Made by a program: the position numbers and the translations under genes. The notes beneath the pieces are model-generated. The model was not told where the DNA came from. It saw nothing but the letters and a program-made list of their open reading frames with translations, and made no database searches. Source: Dicyema japonicum (taxonomy: Eukaryota; Animalia; Dicyemida). From it: a stretch of 64,000 nt of DNA. Location of the stretch: assembly GCA_011109175.1 (NCBI GenBank), contig RDEW01000023.1, forward strand, positions 159,225-223,224, in the 5' to 3' direction. Below are positions 1 to 12,540 of the stretch, piece by piece. How positions within the stretch are numbered: the first letter of the stretch is position 1; each line of letters starts with the position of its first letter.

Positions 1-190
1 ATTATAAGGGAAGAAACAATTCTGTTGGTTTTTTTAATTGTGGTTTTTGAGCAATGATGATAAACAAATTAACTTTGAATATTAATTTACTAAAAAACTA
101 AATTTTAATAAAATAATTCCAGTAAAAAATAAAATAATGATTTTAGATTATTATTATTAAATTTTCTTTGAGCATGAAATTTAATTTGTC

Positions 191-1744
191 ATGTTTCTGA
201 TTAGTCGTTCGGCTCGAATTTTCGTCTTGATGCTTTGAAATCTTCAACATTCACCAGCAGACATATCGGACCTTCTCCAAAAGATGTGCAGAAAATGCTG
301 GAGATCATCAAAGTCAAGGTTAATCGATTTTATGACATTCAGGATTTGGATCAACTAGTCAAAAATGTCGTACCTGCTGATATTTTACTCAACCGAAAAC
401 TAAATATCTCGCCAGAACTGAGTTGAATTATTTTTTAAAGTCAAAGGCGAATCTGAGGCACTAAGTGAGTCCGAAAGGATATCCAAAATGAACACTGTGG
501 GAAGGTCCTTTATTGGAATGGGGTACCACAACTGTAATATCCCCACTACAATAATTAGAAACGTGCTGGAAAACCATGGATGGTTATATAACCCCTTAAA
601 CTCGTTAGGTACACCGCCTACACTGCATACCAGGCTGAAATATCCCAGGGAAGTCTGGAGGCTCTTTTCATATTCCAAACAGTCATCTCGGACCTCACAG
701 CACTACCATTTGCGAATGCCTCACTCCTTGATGAGGGCACAGCGGTTGCCGAGGCAATGGGAATGGTTTATCGGTTGGATTTATGATCATTTTAGAATTA
801 CTAAACGGAAGAAATTCTTTGTTGACCAGTTCATTCACCCTCAGACACTCTCAGTTGTTAACACAAGGGCCAGGTCTTAAGTTTTTATATTTAGATTTTT
901 TGGCTGGGATGTTCAGATCGGAAATTTGCTTACAGATTCGATCTCTGGTAACACTGCTGCCGTCGTATTTCAATATCCAAATACTTTTGGGAACATCGTT
1001 GACAGATTTGATCTCGTCCCTTATTAAACCGACTGGAGAATTCGGCGTTGATATTGCAGTCGGGTCTTCTCAAAGACTAGGTCAGCCAATCGGATTTGAT
1101 GGACCACACGCAGCCTTTATTGCTTGCAAGAAAAAGCACGTGCGTAATATTCCAGGCAGAATAGTCGGACAGACAGTGTTTGTTTGATTTCCAGCAGTTC
1201 AGTACCAACGACGGAGAGAAGAGTTACAGATTGGCTCTGCAAACTCGGGAACAACCTATCAGGAGACAGACGGCCACAAGCAATATCTGCACTGCTCAGG
1301 CACTTTTGGCTAACTTGTGTTCGTTTTACTGCGTTTACCACGTAAAAGATGGGTTAGAGTCATTGGCTAAGAGGGCGAATTCCAATGCCCGGTTTTTAGC
1401 GAACCGTATACTTTCTGAATATATTTAGAACTGTCCAAGAATGGATACAAGATAGCGTATGATGACTACTTTGACACCATCACAGTAAAAGGAGGTGAAG
1501 GAATTCGTCAAAAATACACGGAGCAAGGATATGTAAGGTTGATCGATTAAGAAGCAGGTGGTTGTTTCATTGGATGAGACTGTAACCCATGTGGATATGG
1601 CTTCTCTTTGCGAAATATTTGGGGTTGACTTTGAAGTATTGGTTTTGTATATTTTATTGTTAATGAGTGGTTGAACACGCCCTTCTTCATAAAACACACA
1701 CGGAACTCACAATTCCTTACTGACCAAATATTTAGAGAGTATTC
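191..1744 (+). pseudogene. GLDC: Glycine decarboxylase (glycine cleavage P protein), N-terminal half, micro-intron gene with lesions, cut by the assembly join at N1745
   Basis: Spliced translation gives TFTSRHIGPS, RSFIGMGYHN, ENHGW|[84 protein letters not shown] introns at 319-342, 422-446, 583-608, 774-795, 874-894, 1178-1202, 1406-1428 (21-26 nt). About 20 codons are missing with a frameshift near 1018, and further frameshifts are needed near 235 and 1548. Confidence 0.9.
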
Positions 1745-3329
1745 NGATTCAATATTATCTAAAACCTAATATTATGTAAAAGCAAGAACCAGAACTCACA
1801 TGCTTTCATTTTCTGATTGAAATATATCCAAGTAACGTTGTCTCATTTTATCACACAGGATAAGTTTGGGCCATTGAAGAGTCAGTAGACCTAAATACAA
1901 GGGCAAACCAACCAATAGTACAAACGACAATCGCTCTTAGAGTTTCATTCTCAGCTTGTAAATAAATCACATCTAAGAAATTCTCACTGTCAGATATATC
2001 AAGATATCCGCAAAACAATCCAACAATATATAAACACTACCTGCCTTTCCAAATGTGCTAGCATATCATAATTTAAGTTTTCAACCACAACTATTGTAAT
2101 CCTAACAAATTCCAGTGTGTTTTGTACAACAATACTCTGATAATGCCTATAAATGTCTCACAAAGGTAGTCTGATATATTTGCACATTCAAGATTGCTGA
2201 TAATACAGTCTACCATTAGTTATGCCACACCAGTATGATTCAACACCTATATCTGAGAACTTACAATTCTCAGATATGTCTCCGACAAATCAGAAGATAG
2301 AAGGGACACCTAAATATTAAAAAATCACAACTATTATTCATTTTAGTCCCAAAACCAACCACCAATTTCTGTTGTAATCCATATTTGCTACCTTACCAGA
2401 ATCCTCATTATTAAGGACACATATATCTATTACTATTGGATGATTTACAGCGTTGTACTTTTGGTGATAATTAATCGTTTTACTACCTTCCTTTGTACAA
2501 TAGTACTACAATCCTAAAATATATTTTAGAATAAAACTGTGACCTAACAGAGATCATATTTTTAAATGAGGCAGCAAGCAATGGTCTAATTCATATGATT
2601 TTCCAATCAACTCAACTACACATTCATGTACAGTCACTGAGGAAGTGAGCAGTAAGCTCTCTAGTGCATTTTGAATATTTTTTTCGAAAATTGAGTGATA
2701 CATTTGCATAACGCAACTCAGATATTTAATACATTGTCCCGATGTGGGCATTTTTATCGGAGACTCGATTATTAAATTACTACTAATAATCAAAATCTAC
2801 CAAACTGTGAACGGGCAATTGAGATTAACGAAGAACATTTCGTAACAAAAATTATGATAGTCCACTGGTGAACGATGCAGTTTAATGATTCGTTAAATTC
2901 TTGGAGTCGTTGAGTAGATTTCGATTTAGTGAGATGATATAAAATTATTTGTTAACCATAAAGTTCCAGACTGGCTGTAATGATAGATAAACCAAACCTG
3001 TCTTTTAAGATAATCCAAAACTTTGTAGTAGAGAGTGAAGTAATCCTAATGATTAGGTGAATAACAACATAATTTAATGAAGTGTACGGATCCATTCTTT
3101 GTTTGCTCATAATCAAACAGTCATGTGAGTGAAGTCTGATTTGCAATTATAATTTACAGACAATTTCACCTAAAATACAAAAAAACAACTAAAACAAAGG
3201 GGAAGAACAATTCATAGTAATAATTCTGCTGCAGACCATTCTGATTTGAAACTGGCTGTTATTAAGTCAAATGTCCAGTTATAGAAAATAGAGTTTGATA
3301 GTGGCCTAAAATTAAAACAGCAGTACATT

Positions 3330-3590
3330 TAAAGCACAACAAATTGAAGGTATGAGCAATGAAAATTGAGACAGAATTATTTGAATAACAAGAGCATACA
3401 TCATTTTAATGGCATTCCCTCCAAATAATTTGAAATCTCTCTGACAGTAAGTGACACCAGACTCAATATCCAGCTGAATAGAGCAGGATGCATCACATTT
3501 TGAATTAATGACCACAACTACTTCCATCGCACTCATTTGCACTTTCACATGTTAAAGAATGACCACACACAGCCACATAGTCAATCAAAA
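3330..3590 (-). pseudogene. Decayed Cys-rich EGF-like exon(s) of an extracellular protein gene, possibly extending over 1760-3960
   Basis: Minus-strand frames join into CESANECDGSSCGH/NSKCDASC...YCQRDFKLFGGN and NDVCSC. Intron-like GT-AG segments flank them. Several frameshifts and stops are present. Confidence 0.35.
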
Positions 3591-3945
3591 AAGTTAATGA
3601 CATTTATGCTAAAAATCGTAATAAAACATACATAATTCAAACAAAGACATTTCATTGCTTTTATTTTTTGAAAAATGTGAGTACACAAAATACCAACAGC
3701 TCATGTCTTACCTCAGACGAAATTCCGTCCTCAATAGTAGTATTCAAACATATTAGGCACACAGGCATCCTTTGTTATCATCATTAATATACTCCCAAGC
3801 GATGTATAACTGGCATTATAATCTCCATTGGTATCTGCGTTCAAATATATTAAAATTACCTCCCTTAACCTTTTCTCCACTCCATGGAGACATATTTGAT
3901 TTAAAAGACTTACAAAAGTATAATTATCTGTGTTATCATTCATAA

Positions 3946-4451
3946 CATAATTTATTCGCAAAACCCCAACTAACTAAACAAAATAAGAGCCATTAACTAA
4001 AGAGGAAAGCCAAGATTTGGGGTCGTCTATATCGGGGCACTCTCATGAGACACCGTATGTCTCTTCTCCGTAAAAAGCCCCAATTACAATGCGAGTTTCC
4101 ACAAGCAATGTAATAAATCACCAATTCTTCTCGTTTTTCTTTCGTATTCGTCATCAATTTCAGATNATGAAGATATGAATAATACTCAATAAAGATTAAT
4201 TTCGACAATGACGTAATAAGATAACAGATAACATGATTTATTCGCAAAACCCCAACTAACTAAACAAGGTAAGAGCCATTAACTAAAGAGGAAAGCCAAG
4301 ATTTGGGGTCGTCTCTATCGGGGCACTCTCATGAGACACCGTATGTCTCTTCTCCGTAAAAAGCCCCAATTACAATGCGAGTTTCCACAAGCAATGTAAT
4401 AAATCACCAATTCTTCTCGTTTTTCTTTTGTATTCGTCATCAATTTCAGAT
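3946..4451. repeat. Two near-identical ~220 bp copies (3946-4166, 4232-4451) either side of N4167
   Basis: Direct sequence identity. The minus strand ends in a GTTA-type tail resembling a LINE 3' end. Confidence 0.8.
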
Positions 4452-4454
4452 GCT

Positions 4455-5250
4455 AAATCCAATCCATGTGCTTCAATTTAGTTTCATTTATAATTAGAAC
4501 TTCCATCTGGATCGTGCTGGCTATAGCAACCAGCACTGAGGCCCGTTTCCGAAGAGAACGGGCATTAATCAGGGTTATCCTGACTACTTCTGGTTTTTTC
4601 GGTGGCTGCCCTCTCTTCTTAAGAGCACCACTCTCTTCTCTGTGTTGAAGCTTCTACTGTTTCTTTTTAGAAGGTTTCTTATTATATGTCGTATTCCAGC
4701 CAGTCTGCCCATACATTCTAAACTCTGACTTTAATTTCTTATTAGTTCCAGTTTTGGAAACTTCACTTTCTCCATTATGGGCATTTTCTCGTTTTAGAAA
4801 TAATTTTCCATTCGATTCTTTCCTTTTTTGGTCAATTTTGTTTTTCTTCGCAATGTTAGCTTCAACAGCCTTTGGGCATCTTCCATAATTTAGTTTCGTT
4901 TATAATTAGAACATCCATCTGGATCGTGCTGGCTAGAGCAACCAGCACTGAGGCCCGTTTCCAAAGAGAACGGGCATTAATCAGGGCTATCCTGACTACT
5001 TCTGGTTTTTTTTTTTCGGTGGCTGCCCTCTCTTCTCTGTATTGAAGCTTCTTCTGTTTCTTTTTTAGAATGTTTCTTATTATATGTCCTATTCCAGCCA
5101 GTTTTAATTTCTTATTCGTTCCAATTTTGGAAACTTCACTTTCTCCATTATGGGCATTTTCTCGTTTTAGAGATAATTTTCCATTCGATTCTTTCCTTTT
5201 TGGTCAATTTTGTTTTTTTTTTCGCTATGTTAGGTTCAACAGCCTTGGGA
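4455..5250 (-). mobile_element. Two tandem diverged ~400 bp copies of a LINE segment including the start of an APE endonuclease
   Basis: The minus strand reads VRITLINARSLRKRASVLVAIASTIQMEVLIINETK (APE N-terminal NARSL and ET motifs). Units are ~4478-4889 and ~4890-5249. The same family occurs at ~54545. Confidence 0.75.
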
Positions 5251-5759
5251 GATCTTTATTAATTGGCAAAGTCGATGGATGAACCACAATTCAAAGGACT
5301 TATTATTGTTGTTAACCGGACACTGCGATCTTCTATGTGAATCAGAAAAACATGGCATCTTTCAACACATTTCCATTAGCCTTGAAGTATGTTTCTCAAA
5401 CTCGTAGTATATTTCTTCGTCTTGTAGCACCAGTGGCACCACCTTTTTATTAGTGGCACCACTGAAGCGACGACGGAACTGATTTGCTTCGTTAGACGTA
5501 ATAAGACAATCCATTATAAATAAATATACGCAATTTGAATAAACAGTCATATCAGTTGTATTGCCATACATTTTTTTCAATTTTATATTATTGATTCATC
5601 AAATAGTGTTGAAGGTTGTTATTAAAATGTCTAATATATATTTTATATTTTTTTAACCTACAAATATGGATTATTTTCACTATTTGATTTGCCCTATTTA
5701 TGTTCTCTTGGCTATATCTCTTTTCCGGACTATATTTATTCCTAATTGTTATGTCGTCT

Positions 5760-6085
5760 GCATCATGTCAAGATTATTTTCAGAAATTCTATAATTTCAC
5801 TATTGACTGCTCTCATAATGTATCCTTTCATCTTTCTGAAGTATCCTCCACAGTCTTCAGGGCTAATCGATTCAAAAGATGAGATAAGATGTCTTAGCTG
5901 TAAATCCTTAATAGCAGCCCCGCTCTTGACAGAATTCTTTTATTTTGAGACCACATTCAAAATTGGATTAAGGAATGGTGACTTGGAGGAATATATAGTA
6001 TCTTGAGGTTGTGGGATTGGATTACTTAGTTGAATCCATTGTACTGGTGAATCCTAGCATTTAAATAGAAAAATAAAGATAACTA
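5760..6085 (-). mobile_element. Tc1/mariner (IS630-like DDE_3) transposase C-terminal remnant
   Basis: NARIH...KILYIPP-SPFLNPI...FESISPEDCGGYFRKMKGYIMRA, with stops and frameshifts. Confidence 0.75.
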
Positions 6086-6090
6086 CAACA

Positions 6091-7870
6091 TTGAATAAAA
6101 GAAAAGATATCATCCTGTTTTTATTTTTCTTCAACGAAATGAAACCGCTTGAAAAGACACGTACCTCCCTCCCTGGACAGAAATCCCAGACAAAGTCTCT
6201 CAATGATGAAATTTCAAGAAGGATCAGGAGGGCTGAAGCAAACAAGTGGGAAAAACGAATCTGCTCTCTCCCATTTCATAAATCTGCCCAGATGGTCTGG
6301 AAAACAAAAAGACTTGGCCCTAAAGAAAACTCCACCTCGAAACAAAAGACAGACCAACACAGCTTAAATAAACTAATGAAGTATTATACCGGTATAAGTC
6401 ACAAAACCTTCAAGAAAATAAATGGACCCTCTTTGTTCTCGATGAGACCTAAAAGATTCCCTCTGATCACCTTTATTTCTCATTCAAACGTATTCGAAGG
6501 CTTGAAGATGATTAATCCCTCCCGCTCTTGTGGTCCAGATGGCATCCCTTCAATACTTCTTAAACACCTTGGACCGGTTACTATTGGGGTAATCTCCCTT
6601 ATTTTCAACTATTCTTTGAACATGAATTCCATCCCTACGATTTGGAAACTTTTCCACATACGCCCAATACCAAAACCTGGCAAGGACAAAAACAATCCCG
6701 CTTCATACCGACCAATTTCTCTATTATGTTCATTTTCAAAATTATTGGAAAAACTGGTACTTGATCTCATTTCCTTATCCCTTCCCTTCAGTTCCTCTCA
6801 ACATGGCTTCAGAAAGTTATATTCAACGTCCACCCACCTTACTTCTCTCAATCAATTTATCCTCGATGGCTTCAACTCAATTGGACTTCCATTAACCCCA
6901 ATCTAAAACTCTGGCTTTCGAATTTCCTCAGCGGGAGAAGGGCCCGGGTTTGTATGGATGGGACCAAATCACTTTCAAGACTACTTCCCAATGGTGTCCG
7001 CAAGGCTATCTTCTCTCCCCCGCCTTATTCAACCTTTTTACGTCGATTTGCCACGATCAGTTGATAAAGACGATCTTCTCGTCTCCTATGCTGATGACAT
7101 TCTAATTGAATCCCGTGACCAGGATCTCCTAAAAGCCTCAGAAAGAGTTCAAAAAATAACTACACGTGATTCAAAATTGGTTAATCTCCAACAGACTTGA
7201 TATATCTCCTGAGAAGTCCTCCACATCCCTATTTACCTCAGACAAACGTCTTGGAAGAATGACCGTTGATTTATTTATCAACCAAACTAAAATACTTTTT
7301 ACGATGAAATTGAAAATCTTAGGAGTCGCCTTTGACACGCACATGACCTTCTCCCCTCATGTCGAATATATCTCCGGAACCTGCTCAAGAAAGCTTGGTT
7401 TGATCAAATCTATTTTTGGTGGCATCAGAACCCCTTTCCCAGCATTGAAACTACTACATAAACAATTCATTGAGCCATCTATCAGCTACGCCTGTGCGTC
7501 TTGGGGAATCAACCTATCCTGGACGAACAAACAGAAAATCAGTGATATTCAGTCCCTATCAGCTACAACTATCGGCAAGCTCGTGAGAACAATCAATCTC
7601 ACACCCACCTCTCTGGAAGACCTTATCGGACAAATTGGGAAGGGATTCGCCGCTCGGTGCCGAAAATCCAACTTCCTACAATGCTCTAATGGATTGGGTC
7701 TTACTAGAAGACTTTACATCACCATATTTCTTTCAAAACCCTCCCGTCCTCAGAGAAGCTGTGTGGATCTCGGAAGGTCCACCGGAAAAAGATGAGAGAC
7801 CTGATGGAGGCGGCCGGGATCACCTAATTAGTTTAATACAATTAAATTAACTATTGGTGTTCTTGGTTAA
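6091..7870 (+). mobile_element. Jockey/I-group LINE, 5'-truncated and frameshifted RT; its 3' tail resumes at 10284
   Basis: GPDGIP, PKPGKD..SYRPISLL, QHGFRK, SYADDIL, KILGVAFD motifs across ORFs 6091-6906, 6958-7200 and 7166-7795. Confidence 0.92.
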
Positions 7871-10283
7871 GTTAGTTAGTTAGTTAAGAGCTCTTTCGCG
7901 TGGCCCTAAAAGGGGTTCGCTTGAGCCATGTTTTGCAGCCATCCTCGCCATCTTGTTCCTGGCCCTCATTCGAACATCATCCAGATCGTCCGCTGTCACC
8001 AATTTACGACTATTTTGTTCGTAGTCATCTTTTAAGCAGGTTGGAAGTGTGTTTCTTGGTCTGCCTCGAAATCCGCGACTTCCGGCGTAGTAGAAATATT
8101 CTTCCATTATTCTGTTACATGGCGTAGTCGGGTCCAGTCTGAGGATATGTCCAAATAGTCGCCCCATGTTGGTACTGAAAATCTTCGAATGCTTTGTTCC
8201 TATTCTCACGGATAGGTCAGTTTCGGAAAGTAATAAACTTATTAGTCTCAGGCAGTCCTCGTCAAGCAGTTCCTTTAGAACAATCATGAGTTTTTCTCTA
8301 TTGATGCTGTCAAAAGCCTTCGTTAGATCAATTCCTAGGATGTAGATTACTTTCGTGTATTTTTGACATATTGATGTGAGCCATCGATGACTCCACACAA
8401 TATCTGAGGTTGATCTTCCACTTCTAAACCCACTTTGACTTAGGGAAAGGTATTTTTCCACTGGCTCTCGTATACGGTTAAGCACTATGATCGATAAGGT
8501 TTTCCTGATAACTGACAATAGAATAATAGGTCTTAGTCCGTCCAACGACCCTTCTTTTTTCCCAGGTTTATGTATTGGAATTAAGACTCCATGTCCCAAA
8601 GGAAGTGGACAGTGAAGTTCCATCGACTCATTTAAGATATTCGTGATTATATTCCCAACAGTAACCGGGGCATGTTTTAGTAACTCACCCGGAATGCCAT
8701 CATAACCAGCCGACCGATTTCCCTTTAGATGCATAAATGCATCGGTTACTTCCTTTATTGTAATTTTGTTTGTAAGGGGTCTCGGATATCCAATAAATTT
8801 AGGTACATTCATCCCTTCAGATTTAAACAACGACTCGAAGTGTCTAGCAATATAATTTGCTTTATCCTCAGGGTTTTGAAGATATTGACCTTCGTCGTCA
8901 CAGACTTTCAGTGGTTTCTTTGCAGTTCCTCGTGTAAGTAGTCTAACAGCAGAGAACATTCGTCTTCCATACTGACAGTTTTCGATTTCAGTTGCTTTAT
9001 CGTCCAAATATTTGTGCCAAAGGATATTTGATCGTCTTCTTATCAGATGCGATATTTGATTGCGTTTTCTCCTTAATGCACATTTATTCGAATTTGAACT
9101 TCCCAGTTTCGAACGTATTTCTTTCTGCTGCTCAGACAATTCTCGAATTAAGGGGTCATGAATCATTCGTCTATTTTGGTCTTTTTCCTGGTATCCAACA
9201 GTCTCTATCGCCGACAGTTTTAGAATATCCAAGATCTTCCCGAGTCAGTCGAGGGGGTGCCACTGGGTTCAACTCCACGTAAACGTTTAGAGACATTTTG
9301 TTGGTATCTCTTTTGCCAAGTGTCAAAAGTCAACATTTCCACAGCCAAACGTCTATTTAGAGGTGTGCTTTTCCTCTTGACTGCCTCAATTCCGTAGTAT
9401 CGTTTGAGATTTAATCTGGCCACCGTTAGCTTATGGTCACTGTCAGTAGTGGTTCCTCCATAACTCCTAGAGTCAGACAGAAGTCTCTTCAAGGAGATAG
9501 GGCAGATAATGTAGTCTATTTGGTTGAATATGCACGTATGTTCGTCTTTGGACCTTCTTATGCCAACCCAGGTAGTTCTATGTTTTGCTGGGTGTTTAAA
9601 AGTGGTATTGCATAGATACAGATTTGATGAATTACAAAAATCCATGAGTGAGTGTCCAGAGAGATTACGATACCCTCTGCCATATTTTCCCATACAGACT
9701 TCGTCGTGCCTTCTCATGCCAGCCTTGGCATTCCAGTCACCACAGATAAATATAAGTGCAGATCGATGAACTCGCATATATGTATTCGATAGGATTTGAT
9801 AAAACTCTTCCAACTCATCCATATTTTTGGAAACTCTGCCATGTGTGGGGCATATACATTGATAACAGTCATCATAGTATTGTTTGTAGATGATAAACAC
9901 AATTGCATAACGGCAACACGATCACTGACTGTCCATACTTTATGCAAGCAGTTCACTAGGTTCGAGTTAATTGCAAAACCAAGACCGTAATGTCGATTTT
10001 CTGATGGGAGTAGAAGAATCCGGTAGTTACCAATGGTTTCATCGGATCCTAGGGCGTTCTTTGTTTCCTGTATGCAGCAAATGTCGATTTTGTAACGGGA
10101 CAGATCTTCGGATAATAGTTCCCTCTTGATCAGAGATGAGAGGCCACGAACATTGTATGTGGCGATGGAAAACAAGGATTTTGCATTTAGACATGATAAA
10201 GACATGAATTTTTCTAGAGAAGAAAAACAGAAGCACGTCACCACTTCAACCAAAAAAAGAACTATTATCCGATGATCTGTCCC
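7871..10283 (-). mobile_element. RTE-clade LINE with APE and an internally deleted RT
   Basis: APE motifs TYNVRGL, CCIQET, GDWNAK, NQIDYI, SDHKL. RT motifs LRPIILLS, QSGFR, DLTKAFDSI. STNMG is fused directly to RLFGHILR, so the PQG and YADD region is missing. (TAAC)n 3' tail at ~7867-7886. Confidence 0.95.
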
Positions 10284-10454
10284 GTTCTTGGGTTAAATAA
10301 ATAAAATAAATAAAAAAATTGTGAATGTGTCAAAGTTTATGTCAATAATTGAATCGTTAAAATTCGTGATTTGATTATTAAATTATCCAATTATCTATAC
10401 ATTTGTATATCTTTGACATTAAAAATACCACTATTTTTTTAAACAATTAAACAA

Positions 10455-11665
10455 ATGTCAGTTGAGGAAGCCTGCTGCGTGGATTGCGAACGAGTTCCCT
10501 CGGAATATGGCTATTCCAATCTTTTGTCTTAGCCATAACCCTTCTCGTTGATCCCTTTTCTTTCTGGCAAGTATTCCTCCGAGTTCTCGCAAAAACTCAG
10601 CCGTCATTGGAGCAACAACTCCCGATGATTCGGTCGCAACAGGAGTAAATCGGTAGCGATCTTCCAGGCAAGAATATTTCTTGATTTTTAGGTTCTCCGC
10701 AGTCGAAGCAGCTGCTCCGGGTGTCTGAACCGATTTAAAAATATTCATGCATGAGAACGTGTCTACACAAGTTGCGTCCAAGACCAAAGATCTTCCAGAT
10801 GTGAAGGGGATAAGGGTCATCACGTCAGGTCTCTTTCCATCTTTTCGATAAAGACCCACTGGTTCGAGCTGTGCTGGGAAGCCTGTAGCTTTCAGAGCTC
10901 TGACAATCACATCGTTCTGAGCAGCATGACGTGGTCCCCTTCAGGAGCTTCTGCAGGACAGCGGGTGCAATCCCTTCGCACGACTGTTTTACCGCATCGG
11001 CATCGGTGCTCCTGGCAAATGTCTAGTCCCAGCCTTTGTCCGATTCCAATCCTCAAAGAATCGTCGTCCTAAAGGTCCTAAGGTTTGGGCAAGGTATTAC
11101 ACCAAGCCATGCTCCACTCCCTCCACTTGAAGCTGACACCAAACGAGTCAGACGATGTTGATTTGCTTCTTTTTTAAGGTCTTCCAAAATTTTGGAGCAG
11201 ACAATGCTATCCCAATTACTTTGCTTTGTTGCGTCATCGGAAATTTTGACTCCGGACCCGTTCCATTTCCGACAAGCTTCGACAAATGACTCATTCCAAC
11301 GAAGTCCAATACTGTTATGAAGGACTTGCCGTGTCAAATGGCTGCAGCTTGAGAGAGACGATAGATATGCCGGGTACACAACCTCCAGCGCCGATCTTAT
11401 TCCGACATCCCCAAATCCAGAGGAAGCTTTCATTGCTTCCAACTAAGTTCGTCGAAGCGGACGTTAATTAGTGACTCAACAGTTCGTTTGAGAGATTATT
11501 AGCTCTGATAGAGAGGAAGTCGGTGTATGGATATGAGACATTTATTAGCTCTGATTTGTTAACATTGATGTCTAAGCCAAAGTGTTTTAAAGCGGGTAAC
11601 GCTTTACGTAATGAATTGTATGTTTATTTGATGATCCTCCAATTGTGGCATCATCGAGGTCCCAG
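10455..11665 (-). mobile_element. CRE-like RLE non-LTR retrotransposon, 3' part, degenerate
   Basis: LEPVGL.RKDGKRPD, LVLDATCVDT, KIKKY, RGNSFAI restriction-like endonuclease motifs, with an A-rich tail. Confidence 0.9.
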
Positions 11666-12540
11666 AGATTTAGCTGAGTTTATTATATTGGAACTCATTC
11701 GATTTTTTAGAGTCTTGTTAATAGCTTTTCCTCTCCCAAGCCAACCCAACCATCAATGTCACTTTAAATGCAAAACTAAGAACAAAAATAAAATTGTAAT
11801 GTTTCAAGTTACCTGTCCTAAATGCTATCAACCATCCGTTCCACCACAATCATTGAGGTCGTATTAAACAGATACAAGATTTTGTTTCTAGACAACCATC
11901 TGAAACCTCGATGATAATAAATAAAATACTTCGTCGTCCTTCTTCCTCAGAATCTTCTCTAACAGGTAAACCTGGCTAGTCTACGATGTGTGCACTACAC
12001 CACTCTACCAATGTAGTTAAATTGGATGATGTAAAAGATATCCTTGTTCATTTTTCAATTGCCCGAGTTGACAACAAATCACATATTTAAATGTCATGAA
12101 TTAATACACAGTTTTTTCTACAAGGAAAGACTGACAATTCTGGCATTTAATTCATCATACTTAATAACCGCTGATTTCCCACAAGTTAATGATGCCAGGG
12201 TACTTAATAAACTTAAATAACTAAACTTTTTAAATTCAAAAATTCATACGTTCTTTAAAATTGTTAAAAATTATAAAAATGTAATTTTTAATTAATAATA
12301 TTATATAAATCAAAAGTTTTATTGGTCTTGTCGCTAACGTGGCAAGTAACATATGTATTCTTTTACCAGGCAGAGAAAATCGCTTATGTTCTATACCTCA
12401 CAATTAGTCTATCAAACATATAGTAATTTTGAAGATAAGCCCAGACACTTTTTGTGGATTTTAAACTCGAATAAGAATTTCGAAAGTAATTACCACATAT
12501 TAATCCTTTATTTTAAACTAAAGTCTCCAATAAGATTTAA

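Noticed and set aside
3946-4451. 220 bp tandem duplication as a biological event
   Set aside because: It straddles the single N at 4167, so a contig overlap or haplotype join is at least as likely.
11880-11990. Chromodomain-like VYLLEKILRKK on the minus strand
   Set aside because: The match is short, with no downstream VKW/W motif and no integrase context.
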